64,000 nucleotides of DNA from the NCBI GenBank assembly GCA_038087875.1, contig CM075996.1:1738001-1802000 (forward strand). The letters are read 5' to 3'. Positions 11,740-24,050 of this stretch are shown here, in pieces. The position numbers and the translations under genes were made by a program. Position 1 is the stretch's first letter; each line of letters starts with the position of its first letter. The notes beneath the pieces were generated by a model. It was not told the DNA's origin and made no database searches. It worked only from the letters and a program-made list of their open reading frames with translations. This DNA is from Malacoraja senta (lineage: Eukaryota).

Positions 11740-12587
11740 TGAAAAGTCATAATTGTATCCACTTCTGTAGCTTCCTCTGGCAGCTCGTTCCAGATACGGA
11801 CTACCCTCTGAGATGCCCCTTAAATCTCTCTCCTCTCACCTTAAGCCTGTGCCCTCTAGTTTTAGAATCCTCTACTCTGGGGGGGGGGGAAAGACAGTGA
11901 GCGTTCACTCTATCCGTGCCCCTCATGATCTTGTACACCTCAATAAGGTCACCCCTCAGCCTCCTACGCTCCAGAGAATAAAGTCCCAGCCTGTCCAACC
12001 TCTCCCTGTAACTCAAGCCCAGGAAACATCCTGGCAAATCGCTTCTGCACCATCTCCACCTTAATGCCATCCTCCCTGCAGCTGGGAGACCAGAAATGCA
12101 CGCAGAACTCCAAGTGTGGCCTCACCAACGACTTGTGCAGCTGCATCATGGTGTCTTGACTTGTTCAAACAGTCGTCGGTGGAAGGGAGAAGGCCAGTTC
12201 TCAGTCAGCTAACATAGTGGAGAACCATTCATAAGCTCATCAATTCTTGAAACAGCATTAAGCCATTCGGCCCATCAAGTCTACTCCGCCATTCAATCAT
12301 GGCTGATCTATCTCTCCCTCTCAACCCCACTCTCCTGCCTTCTCCCCGTAACCGCTGACACCCGCACTAATCAAGAATCTGTCTATCTCCGCCTTAAAAA
12401 TATCCATTAACATAGCCTCCACTGCCTTCCGTGGCAATGAATTCCAAAGATTCACCACCCTCTGACTAAAGACATTTCGCCTCATCTCCTTTCTAAAGGT
12501 ACGTCCTTTTATTCCGAGGCTGTGCCCTCTGTTCCTAGACTCTCCCACTAGTGGGAACATCCTCTCCAAATCCACTCTATCCAGGCC
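11740..12587 (-). mobile_element. Decayed CR1 ORF2 / 3' fragments (two pieces)
   Basis: Translations LVRPHLEFCVHFWSP, LYSLERRRLRGDLIEVYKI and FSQRVVNLWNSLP, with frameshifts. Confidence 0.8.
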
Positions 12588-13488
12588 AGTGCAGGGCGCT
12601 ACACACAAGATGGAAGCAGGCAATCCCGGGGCTTGCTGTGCAGGCTTCAGCACCAAGGCTGTCTTTCCTTCCGACGTATAGGAGCACCGTGGAGAACAGA
12701 TAAAGCCTGAGCCTAGTTTAAGAAAATTATTTTTCATCCCACATGTGTATATCACACGGATGTGACAGGCTCAAACATAATGGTGAAAGAGCACATCAAA
12801 GGGAACTGACTGATGCTGGTTACTTGAGCAGGAACCTAACAAGAAATATGCAATAAGCAGTTACAGAATGTACTAACAAGCAGCGAAGACACAGCTACTA
12901 ATATAGAAAAGAGCTGCAGAAACAAAGAACTGCAGATGCTGGTGTACAAAAAATGACACAAAGTGCGGCACGGTGGTGCAGCGGTAGAGTTGCTGCCTCA
13001 CAGAGCCAGAGACCCGACTACGGGTGCTGTCTGTACGGAGTTTGTACGTTCGCCCCGTGACCTGCGTGGGTTTTCTCCGGGTGCTCCGGTTTCCTCCCAC
13101 ATTCCCAAGACATGCAGGTTTCGTAGGTTAATTGGCTTATGGAGTGATACAGTGTGGAAACAGGCTATTTGGCCCACACCGGCCAACATGTCCCAGCTAC
13201 ACTAGTCCCACCTGCCTGCGTTTGGTCCATATCCCTCCAAACCTGCCCAAACATTCATGTACCTGTCCAACTGCTTCTCAAATGTTGGGATAGTCCCAGC
13301 CTCAACTACCTCCTCTGGCAGCTCGTTCCATACACCCACCACCCTTTGTGTGGAAAAAGTTACCCCTCAGATTCCCGTTGAATCTTTTCCCCTTCACCTT
13401 GAACCTATGTCCTCTGTCAAGACCAACTACTCTCCTCTGCACTACAAGTGATCCATATCCATACTATCCCCAGAGTGCTATCTTCAGT

Positions 13489-13823
13489 CAGGGGCAAGAG
13501 AAGGAACGCAGAGAGAGAGACTGTGTGAAAGACACGGTGCAAATCAAATTACTGGTGGGTGCAAGAAAGATGGAAGAAGGTTCAGTAGCAGCTTGGCAAA
13601 AAAATGAATTGGAGGCACAACGTGTAGATACAAAGAACTGCAGATGCTGGTTTCCACCAAAGATAGACACAAAGTGCTGGAGTAACTCTGCATCTCTGGA
13701 GAACGTGGATAGGTCTGAAGAAGGGTCCTGACCAGAAAGGTCGCCTGTCCACGTTCTCCAGAGATGCTGCCTGACCCAATGAGACCGAGTTACTCCAGCA
13801 CGTTGTGTCCACCTTTTGGAAGG
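13489..13823 (-). repeat. Copy 2 of the inverted duplication of 776-1188
   Basis: The ORF track shows the same peptide (CVKDTVQ.KLLVGARKMEEGSVAAWQKNELEA.RVDTKNCR) on opposite strands at both sites. Confidence 0.8.
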
Positions 13824-14174
13824 GTTCAGAGTCTGAAGAAGGGTCTTGACCCGAAACACCACCCGTTCCTTTATTACAGAGATGCTGCCTGTCCCACTGA
13901 GTTACTCCAGCGTTTTGTGTACTACCTTCAACACATATTCTGTTGTGCTGCTGCAAGTAAAAAATTCATTGTTCCTTTTAGGGACATATGATAATAAAAC
14001 ACTCTTGTCTCCCTGAGTATCCATGTGCCAACCCTAAAAGCCTCTTAAACCCCCACTACCATATCTGCCTCGACCACCAGTCCTGTCAGCGCGTTCGTTC
14101 CAGGCACCCACCACCCTCCGTGTGAAACAGAAACCTGCCCCTCTCACCTTAAAAGCTCAGCCCTCTAGACATTG

Positions 14175-14355
14175 GCAGATCATTTGGTCATTATCACAGT
14201 GTGGCTAATGTGATCTTGCTGTGCGCAAAATAGCTGCCCGGCGTCCCGGATTATCATACTTGACTGCTTGCTGAAATGATTTCATTGTCCACAAAGTGCT
14301 TGGCAATGCCCTGAGGTCACCAAAGGCTGTGTATAAATACAAGCACTTTCTTCCA
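14175..14355 (+). mobile_element. Ancient DeuSINE-like relic (3' portion)
   Basis: gatcttgctgtgcgcaaaatagctgcc...caaagtgcttgg...cctgaggtcaccaaaggc..tataaatacaag resembles the DeuSINE (SacSINE1/AmnSINE1) 3' region, recognised from memory. Confidence 0.55.
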
Positions 14356-14595
14356 TAAATACTCTTCCAAGCTTGTATTTGCGATTTGCAGATGAATCAT
14401 TAAGCATTTTAATCTTGCATGTGTCATAATCGCACGATAAGCATGACCTTCCTGTTTTGTCACAGATTCTCCAGCAGTTATGACCATAAAATCTTTAATG
14501 CCAATCACATAATTGTCTCAACTCGCGGGATTGAGCATTTCAGTCAAACCGAAGTCAAGTGACTCACTTATGCTGCCAACTCGAATAGATGGGAA

Positions 14596-15345
14596 GGGTG
14601 CAGAGAAGATTTACGAGGATGTTGCCAGGACTAGAGGGTCTGAGCTACAGGGAGAGGTTGAGCAGGCTGGGACTCTATTCCTAGGAGCGCAGGAGAATGA
14701 GGGATGATCTTATAGAGGTGTATAAAATCATGAGAGGAATCGATCGGGAAGATGCACAGAGTCAATAGACAATAGGTGCAGGAGTAGGCCGTTCGGCCCT
14801 TCGAGCCAGCACCGCCATTCAATGTGATCATGGCTGATCATCCACAATCAGTACCCCGTTCCTGCCTTCTCTCCACGTCTCTTAACTCTGCTATCCCTAA
14901 GAGCTCTATCTAACTCTCTCTTGAAAGCATCCAGAGAACCAGCCTCCGCCGCCCTCTGAGGCAGAGAATTCCAGAGACTCACAACTCTCTGTGTGAAAAA
15001 GTCTCTTGCCCAGAGTAGGTGAATCAAGGACCAGAGGACATAGGTTTAAGGTGAAGGGGGAAAAGATTTAATAGGAATTGAGTAACTTTTGAGTAAGATT
15101 TGAGTAACTTTTTCCACACAGAGGGTGGTGGGTGTATGGAACAAGCTGCCAGAGGAGGTAGTTGAGGCCGGGACTATCCCAACGTTCAAGAAACAGTTAG
15201 ACAGGTACATGGATAGGACAGGTTTGGAGGGATATGGACCAAGCGCGGGCAAGTGGGACTAGTGTAGCTGGGACATTGTTGTCCAGTGTGGGCAAGTTGG
15301 GCCGAAGGGCCTGTTTCCACACTGTATCACTCTATGACACTCTAT
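14596..15345 (+). mobile_element. CR1 3' fragment with a nested opposite-strand CR1 tail (14764-15000)
   Basis: ORF2 remnant plus gggccgaagggcctgtttccacactgtatcactctatg tail; the nested insert is flanked by agtc. Confidence 0.75.
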
Positions 15346-15429
15346 GAGATTGAAGGCAAGGTTCTCAGTAACATTGTGCCACAGTGGGAGCAGCAATGCT
15401 GGAACCACACACAAGATTTGCATGGATGT

Positions 15430-15880
15430 GGATTATGGAGATGTCGGAGACCTTACAATTGGAAAAAATTAGATATGTCTTAATTGACAAACCAGAATTA
15501 TTTACTAAAATATGGTCTCCATTTATAGATTATCTGAAGGGGTAGACTGGGCCGGCGCGGAGGCCTGAGTGAATAGTAACATTTTCTGACCTACAGACCT
15601 ATCTCCTAAGTTGTATTATTGATAGTTGATCTTAGTTTTCTAATTTCTTTTCTTTATTTCTTTATTTTTCTTATCTATAAATATAAATAAATATTTAGAG
15701 GCAACGTTAATATGTAACCGATCAAGGAGGACCCCAGCTACTTTGGTAACTGGGTACCCGGAAACCCTGGATACTTAATATGTAACCGTTACACAAAGTT
15801 TGTATTGGGTTGGACTATGATATGCAGATAGATACCTCTAATAATTTTAAAAAAAAATTAAATTAAATTAAAAAAAAAAA
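15430..15880 (+). mobile_element. L1-like LINE 3' end with poly(A)
   Basis: Encodes LEKIRYVLIDKPELFTKIWSPFIDYL (fish L1-type ORF2 end); AT-rich UTR and A-tract; homologous to 31562-32020. Confidence 0.6.
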
Positions 15881-16662
15881 GATTTGCCCATGTGTTGCTA
15901 ACATCGACCTTTCACGCTGTTATATATCGGACACTCCACATCTCTGCTTCTTGGCCAAGGCCTGCTCGCTGCTCCCAGCTTCCTGAACTTGTTGTCCCAA
16001 TAAATCTGCCAAAACATCCCTGTTTATGGTCAGAGTTGCCAACGTACATAACCATCGTTCTAGGGACGTGAACAGCACTGGCAGCTGGTATTTATTGGAA
16101 GGTTAAGAGTCAATCACATCTTATTACCCTGCAAATAGACACAAAATGCTGGAGTAACTCAGCGGGTCAGGCAGCATCTCTGGGGAAAAGGAATAGGTGA
16201 CCTTTCGGGTCGAAGCCTGAAGAATTGTTTCGACCTGAAATGTCAGCTATTCCAATATACAATAGACAATAGACAATAGGTGCAGGAGTAGGCCATTCGG
16301 CCCTTCGAGCCAGCACCGCCATTCAATGTGATCATGGCTGATCATCCCCAATCAGTACCCCGTTCCTGCCTTCTCCCCATATCCCCTGACTCCGCTATCT
16401 TTAAGAGCCCTATCTAGCTCTCTCTTGAAAGTATCCAGAGAACCTGCCTCCACCGCCCTCTGAGGCAGAGAATTCCACAGAATTCCTTCTCTCCGGAGAT
16501 GCTGCCTATCTCGCTGAGTTACTCCAGCATTTTGTGTCTATCTTCAGTATAAACCAGCATCCGGAGTTACACATCTTGTTAACCCGGTGCTGTGGAGGTT
16601 ATTTCTTGTACATAGATTTCCTACCCAGGTCTGTGTCCATGATCATGGCCAGGAAAGGTGTA

Positions 16663-17182
16663 CATAGATACATAGAAAATAGGTGCAGGAGTAGGCCATT
16701 CGGCCCTTCGAGCCTGCACCGCCATTCAATATGATCATGGCTGATCATCCAACTCAGTATCCCGTACCTGCCTTCTCTCCATACCCCCTGATCCCTTTAG
16801 CCACAAGGGCCACATCTAACTCCCTCTTAAATATAGCCAATGAACTGGCGTCAACTACCCTCTGTGGCAGAGTTCCAGAGATTCACCACTCTCTGTGTGA
16901 AAAAGTTTTTCCTCATCTCGGTCCTAAAGGATTTCCCCCTTATCCTTAAGCTGTGACCCCTTGTCCTGGACCTCCCCAACATCGGGAACAATCTTCCTGC
17001 ATCTAGCCTGTCCAACCCCATAAGAATTTTATACGTTTCTATAAGATCCCCTCTCAATCTCCTAAATTCTAGCGAGTACAAGCCAAGTCTATCCAGTCTT
17101 TCTTCATATGAAAGTCCTGACATCCCAGGAATCAGTCTGGTGAACCTTCTCTGCACTCCCTCTATGGCTATAATGTCCTTCC
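16663..17182 (-). mobile_element. CR1 3' fragment
   Basis: RKDIIAIEGVQRRFTRLIPG...FFTQRVVNLWNS followed by the tail. Confidence 0.85.
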
Positions 17183-17199
17183 TGTAGAAGGATATGGAC

Positions 17200-17558
17200 C
17201 AGGGGTGGGGAACCTGCGGGCTTAAGGCCGAATGCGGCATTAAGTGCAGCCTTTTGAATGAATCCAAAGTTTGTAGAACAAATCCTTATATTTTTATTAA
17301 CATGTTTTTGTTCGTCTTTTTTAATTTTAATTTTAATCTTAAAATGAATGTATTTAAAATACCAAAGAGTAAAAGAAGATTCAACGAAATAATCCTCCCC
17401 GACTGACGGCCGCAATTAAAACATCAGTAAGTCATGAGGGCTATTTTGACAAAATAATGTATATTTTGAAGTATATCAAATTGAAGTTTCTTAGCGGCCT
17501 TATTAGATTGCAGCTAACTTAATGCGGCATTCCAACATGAAAAGGTTCCCCAGCCCTG
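17200..17558. mobile_element. Non-autonomous hAT-type DNA transposon (MITE)
   Basis: 16-bp TIRs CAGGG(G/C)TGGGGAACCT (15/16 match) and a perfect 8-bp TSD atatggac (17192-17199, 17559-17566); inserted in a CR1 tail. Confidence 0.9.
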
Positions 17559-17624
17559 ATATGGACCAAATGTAGGCAAATGGGACTAGCTCGGATGTGG
17601 CATCTTAGTGTGCATGGACAAGTT

Positions 17625-17928
17625 TAGACTTTAGTGACATAGCCCGGAAACAGGCCCTTCGGCCCGGTGAGTCTGTGCCGACCAGCGATCACCCATAAAC
17701 TAGCACTAACCTACACACACGGGACAATATACAATTTTGCCCACGGCAATTAAACTACAAACCTGTACGTCTTTGGAGTGTGGGAGGAAACTGGAACACC
17801 CAGAGAAATCCCACATGGTCACAGGGAGAACGTACAAACTCTACACAGACAGCACCTGTAGTCAGGATCGAACCTGGGTCTCTGGCGCTGTGAGGCAGCA
17901 ACTCTACCGCTGCGCCACCGTGCCGCCC
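17625..17928 (-). mobile_element. V-SINE (HE1-like), full length
   Basis: Head, V-domain and tail all present on the reverse strand. Confidence 0.85.
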
Positions 17929-18469
17929 CAGTTGGACGTTTTGGACTGAAGGGCCTGTTTCCGCGCACTATGACTCTATTTCATTCGGGCATTGCCAATG
18001 CAGTACTTAAACCACTGGCTGCACGGTGCTTGGAGACTGAAGGTTTTGTCCCCAAGAAGGAAATGGGAGAAAAAAGGAAAATAAAGAAATGCAAAGAATG
18101 AAAGAAAGAGAGCTGAATGAAAGTAATTAATTATGCAGTGAGGTAATTAATGAAAAGATCAATTCCCTACCTGATTGCTATTGTAAAGCATCTATCATCA
18201 CCTCCTAAGCACTTGACAGCCAATCAGAAATTGTCAGCAAGACGGCTCAGTCAATGTTGGAGGCCCTGTGGCAGCCTGGAGCTCGCCTAGATCGGGTAAC
18301 CGCTCACAACACAGTCGTACAACAATAGGGCTACTGCCTCACAGTGCAACTAAGTCCCTTGTTCGACCCTGACTATGTCATAAGGTCATAAGTGATAGGA
18401 GAAGAATTAGGCCATTCGGCCCATCAAGCCCACTCTGCCATTCAATCATGGCTGATCTATCTCGACAAT

Positions 18470-18671
18470 GTTTAAATAGACACAAAAAAGCTGGAGTAAC
18501 TCAGCGGGACAGGCAGCATCTCTGGGGTGAAGGAATGGGTGACGTTTTGGTTCGAGACCCTTCTCCAAGAGTCTGATGAAGAGTCTCGACCCGAAACGTC
18601 ACCCATTCCTTCTCTCCAGAGACGCTGCCTGTCCCGCTGAGTTACTCCAGCTTTTTTTGCGTCTATTTAAA
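18470..18671. mobile_element. ~200-bp palindrome of two Penelope-like termini; hammerhead core with canonical CUGAUGA at 18573-18600
   Basis: gtttaaatagac...gtctatttaaac inverted arms; ctgatgaagagtctcgacccgaaacgtc. Confidence 0.75.
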
Positions 18672-19417
18672 CTTAGTACTCTGCAAACAAGAGTATGATC
18701 AGCCATGATCATATTGAATGGCGGTGCAGGCTCGAAGGGCCAAATGGCCTACTCCTGCACCTATTTTCTATGTATCTATGAGAGAAACTAGTTCAGTGCT
18801 GGAGAAACTTTAGCGGGTCAGGCAGCATCCGTGGAGGGAATGGACAGGCGACATTTTGAGTCAATCCCCTTATTCGGACCTTTCTTCAAGACCTATTGAG
18901 GGGGCAGTTTGTGATGTATGTGGAATTCATGCGTTTCAGGAAGAGAAGCGCTCTGTGCAGTGTGGAAAACGTCATGATAAACAAGTTCCAAGCATCGCTA
19001 AAGCTGTCGCTGCGATATTGTGTTCACTTTGGATGACTTAACGTTCAAAAAGGATGTTCTTGTTATTTGTTCATTTCTGGGATGTGGGCTGATCACACAA
19101 AAAATGAGATTTAATGGAACAGTTTGAGCAATGAGGGATTTAACCAAAAGTTCATGTCGGAGCAGGTAGATTCAGAGATTTGATTATTGTTTAATTTAGC
19201 TTAGTTTAATATTGTCACGTGCATGTCAAGAAGTTTTGTCGCAAGCTTCATCCAGTCAGTGAATAGACTGTACATGACTATAATAAAGCCGTCTACAGTG
19301 TACAGATGCAGGATGAAGGGAATAATTTTTCGTGCAAGGTAAAGTCCGATTATAGATAGTCCGACAGTCTCCAATGAGGTAGATGGGGATTTTAGACTCT
19401 TATTTTAGACATACTTT

Positions 19418-19913
19418 AGGTTCACCAGACTGATTCCTGGGATGTCAGGACTTTAATATGAAGAAAGACTGGATAGACTCGGCTTGTACTCGCTAGAATT
19501 TAGAAGATTGAGGGGGGATCTTATAGAGACGTACAAAATTCTTAAGGGGTTGGACAGGCTAGATGCAGGAAGATTGTTCCCGATGTTGGGGAAGTCCAGG
19601 ACAAGGGGTCACAGTTTAAGGATTAAGGGGGAAATCCTTTAGGACCGAGATGAGAAAAACATTTTTCACACAGAGAGTGGTGAATCTGTGGAATTCTCTG
19701 CCACAGAAGTTAGTTGAGGCCAGTTCATTGGCTATATTTAAGAGGGAGTTAGATGTGGCCCTTGTGGCTAAAGGGATCAGGGGGTATGGAGAGAAGGCAG
19801 GTACAGGATACTGAGTTGGATGATCAGCCATGATCATATTGAATGGCGGTGCAGGGTCGAAGGGCCGAATGGCCTACTCCTGCACCTATTTTCTATTGTT
19901 TCTATGTTTCTAT
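19418..19913 (+). mobile_element. CR1 3' fragment
   Basis: RFTRLIPG...GDLIETYKILKGLDRLDAGRLFPM remnant with a (tttctatg) tail. Confidence 0.85.
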
Positions 19914-19996
19914 ACTTTAGACTTTAGAGATACAGCGTGAGAACAGGCCCTTCGGCCCACCAAGTCTGCGCTGACCAGCGATCACAACATACACTA

Positions 19997-20230
19997 AAGG
20001 GCCTGTCCCACTTGGCAATTTATTCGGCGACTGCCGGCATCATTGATTGACGTATCAGGTCACCGAAAAAAATCACGGCATGATGCGACGTGACGACGTA
20101 TTGACGCGCGGCGTTTCCTCAAACATCGCAACATTTTTTTTGTCGCCGCTGGGTTTTGAAACGTTCAAAACCTTTCGCCGACCCTGACGCCGGCAGTCGC
20201 AGAAACAATCGCCAAGTGGGACAGGCCCTT
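19997..20230. mobile_element. MITE with AAGGGCCTGTCCCAC termini (PIF/Harbinger-like, tentative), inserted in a minus-strand V-SINE (19915-20450)
   Basis: ~46-bp imperfect TIRs (aagggcctgtcccacttggc / gccaagtgggacaggccctt), CpG-rich interior; SINE sequence resumes on both sides. Confidence 0.8.
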
Positions 20231-20809
20231 TGCACTATCCTACACACACAAGGGACAATTTGCGGAAGCCAATTGACCTACAAACATGTGCGTCTTTTGA
20301 GAGTGGAAGGAAACCGGAGCACCCGGAGAAAACCCACGCGGTCACGGGGAGAACGTACAAACTCCCTACAGACAGCGCCCGTAGTCAGGATCGAACCTGT
20401 GTCTGTGGCGCTGTGAGGCAGCAGCTCTACCCGCTGCGCCACCGTGCCGCCATGATGTTCCCTGCTCCCTAAGCGCCGTCATTTGTCCGGTCACCAGATT
20501 TTACACTCGAGTCTCAAACACCTCGAATGTTGATTCCTCCTGCAGCGACTGCAGCGAGAAAAATCAGATAAGATTCATTAGTTGCTCGATCTCCCTCGGG
20601 AACGTTGCTTTGAAGGGAGGCAAATATTTCAAGGTTTGTCTGTAATCAAAAATGCCCACAGCCAGAGAACCCTGCAAACAGATCTTCAGGACATAATGAA
20701 TCATTTTATTAAGATCTCTCAACGTTAGGCAAAGAGTCAATGCCACAAGGACAGTCCGCTTCAACCTACCTGATCTCCCGGTTGCCAAACACTTTGATTC
20801 CCCTGTTTA

Positions 20810-21400
20810 AGAAGGAACTGCAGATGCTGGAAAATCAAAGGTAGACAAAAACGCTGGAGAAACTCAGCAGGTGCAGCAGCATCTATGGAGCGAAGGAAAT
20901 AGGCAACGTTTCGGGCCGAAACGTTGCCTATTTCCTTCGCTCCATAGATGCTGCTGCACCCGCTGAGTTTCTCCAGCATTTGTGTCTACTTTAATTCCCC
21001 TCCTCAATCCCACACTGACCTTTCTGTCCGAGGCCTCCCCCATTGTCAGAGTGAGGCTGAACGCAAATTGGAGGAACAGCATCTCACTTGGGCAGAAAAT
21101 ATCGATATTTCTAGCCCCGGCATTCCCTCTCTCTCCATCCCTCCCCCACCCAAGTCGCACCAGCTTCTCGTTTTCACCCAACAAACAGCTAACGATGGCC
21201 TGTTTCCTGCATCATCATTACGTTTTTTGCATATCTTTCATTAATTGTTCTTTATCTCTCCACATCATCGTCTATATCTCTTGTTTCTCTTTCCCTGACC
21301 AGACTGAAGAAGGGTCTCGACCCGAAACATCACCCATCACTTCTCTCCAGAGATGCTGCCTGTCCTGCTGAGTTACTTCAGCATTTTGAGTCTATCTCCG
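20810..21400 (+). mobile_element. Penelope-like fragments: palindromic termini, then GIY-YIG C-terminal remnant, 3' UTR and hammerhead-like terminus
   Basis: HTDLSVRGLPHCQSEAERKLEEQHL; ctgaagaagggtctcgacccgaaacatc at 21304-21331. Confidence 0.7.
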
Positions 21401-23733
21401 TACGTTAGGAAAAGTCTACATCTGCTTTCACGCCGAGATAGATAGAGAGATATGGCATGGAAAAGGGACCTTCGGCCCATCTAGTCCACGCCGACCATTG
21501 ATCACGCTAGTTCTATGTTATCCCAATTTTCCAACCGCTTCCTACACAGTGGGGGCAATTTACAGCAGCAATTAACCCACACACCCGCACGTCTTTGGGA
21601 TGCGGGAGGATACCAGGGCACCCGGAGGAAACCCACGCGGTCTCAGGGAGAACGTGCAAACGCCACACAGACAGCACCCGAGTTCAGGATCGTACCTGGC
21701 AGGGTTTTATGGAGAGAAGGCAGGAGAATGTGGTTGAGAGGGAAAGATAGATCAGCCGTGATTGAAGCGCTGGTTGGACTTGATGGGCTGAATGGCCTAA
21801 CTCTGCTCTCAGAACCTATGAACACAGGTCTCTGGAGCTTGGGGGCAGCAGCTCTACCCGCTGCGCCTTTAAGCCGCTCTGCTGCACCCTCTCCAACATA
21901 GAGCAACAAGCTGTGACTGCGAGCCACCCGTTTACACTAATCCTACACTAACGTAATCCAACTTTATCCTCACCATATTGTTATCAGTTCCCCACAGATT
22001 CTCCCATTCACCTACACACAAGGTGGCAATCTATAGCAGCCAATTAATTCTCAACCCACATTACCTAAACAGACCAATTCTCTGCGTAAGATGGAGCCTC
22101 CTCCACCCTTAATATCTCTCATTTCCCATTTATCCCGGAACCCACCCACGCGTCTCCCACAAACCTCTCCTGGCAATCACAGCCACTCCATGTATGTCCT
22201 TTCGGTTGTACGGAAACAGCTTTAGTTTGGTTTAGAGATACAGCACCTCTACTCAGACCAGCGACCACTAACTATCCTGCACGCTAGGGTCAATTAAATG
22301 TTTTTTTTAAACCAAAGTCAATGAACCTACAAACCTGCACGTCCTTGGAGTGTGGGAGGAAACCGGAGCACCCGGGGAAAACCCACGTGGTCACGGGGAG
22401 AACGTGCAAACTCCGTACAGACAGCACTAAGAGGTGCAGCTTCTTCACACCCGTGGGTGGTAGGTACATAGAATGAGCTGCCAGAGGAGTCAAAGAATGA
22501 GAGCGTTTTATTGACATATGTCCAGAAACGGGACAATGAAATTCTTAAGGTAGACAGAGTGCTGGAGTAACTCAGCGGGTCAGGCAGCATCTGTGGAGAA
22601 CATGGATAGGTGACGTTTCACAGAGTGCTGGGGTAACTCAGCGGGTCAGGCAGCATCTCTGTAGAAAAAAGATAGGTGACGTTTTGGGACGGGACCCTTC
22701 TTCAGACTGAAAGTAGAGGTAAAGAACTGAAGGCGAGAAAATACCAGGACCAATCAGGGCCAGAACACAATTCAGTCAGAATGAAATTCTTACTTGCAGG
22801 CGTAGGTGAGGCAGGTACAATAACAAGATTTAAAAGACATTTGGATGGGTATATGGATAGGAAAGGATCAGATTGATATGGGCCAAATGTGGGAAAATGG
22901 GACCAGTTTAGATGGGGGCATCTTGGTCAGAGAAGATAGACACAAACTGCTGGAGCAAGTCAGCAGGACAGGCGGCATCTCTGGAGAGAAGGAATGGGCA
23001 ACGTTTTGGTTCAGGATGGGCCTATTTCCGTGTTGCGTGGAGTCGATTCGGAAACATCGAAACGCTTGCCATCTCAGCCGGTAACTCTCGCTATCCATCC
23101 CACAGTCTTTGAGGCTTCTGCATGAACCATTGTCTCCTCCTCCCTCCACCCAGATTTTCTGTTTCTGTCTAGAGATACAGCGCGGAAACAGGCCCTTCGG
23201 CCCACCGGGTCCGTGCCGACCAGCGATCCCTTCACATTAACACTATTCAGGATTTTTTTTTTACATTTACCAAGCCAATTCACCTACGAACCTGCACTTC
23301 TGTGGAGTGGATCTGTGGAGTTGCCCGATATTCACGGAGGCAACGGTTTGAAGAGTCGCAGGGACGAAGCTGGTTGCGAGATTGTTGCTACGTACTCTGG
23401 GGCCTTCATTAACTATGTGTCTGTCTGAGCTCTCTCTTTGCTCAGGCAGCTAAGTGGTGTGAACACGAAATATCACTCGCTGCGTTCCTTCAGCACCAAG
23501 GGACGCCACAGCCGGTTCAGCACAGGACAAGGCCACGGGAGAACAACACACATCTTGGAAAGAGCCATCTAATTAATCCCACACCCTTGCTCTTACCCAC
23601 AGCGCCACCACTTCTTGCCATTTCCTTATCCTCGGTTTGGGCTAAATCTAATCCCCTTCTGAACACGACTATTCTTTTGGTTTTTCAACCCAGAATTGCA
23701 AGTCTCAACCACTTATTGCGATACAACACTCTC

Positions 23734-24050
<317 letters not shown>

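Noticed and set aside
13714..13742. Active hammerhead at the duplicated palindrome
   Set aside because: Helix II is disrupted and GAAAGGUC lacks the ACGU helix III, so it is treated as a dead copy.
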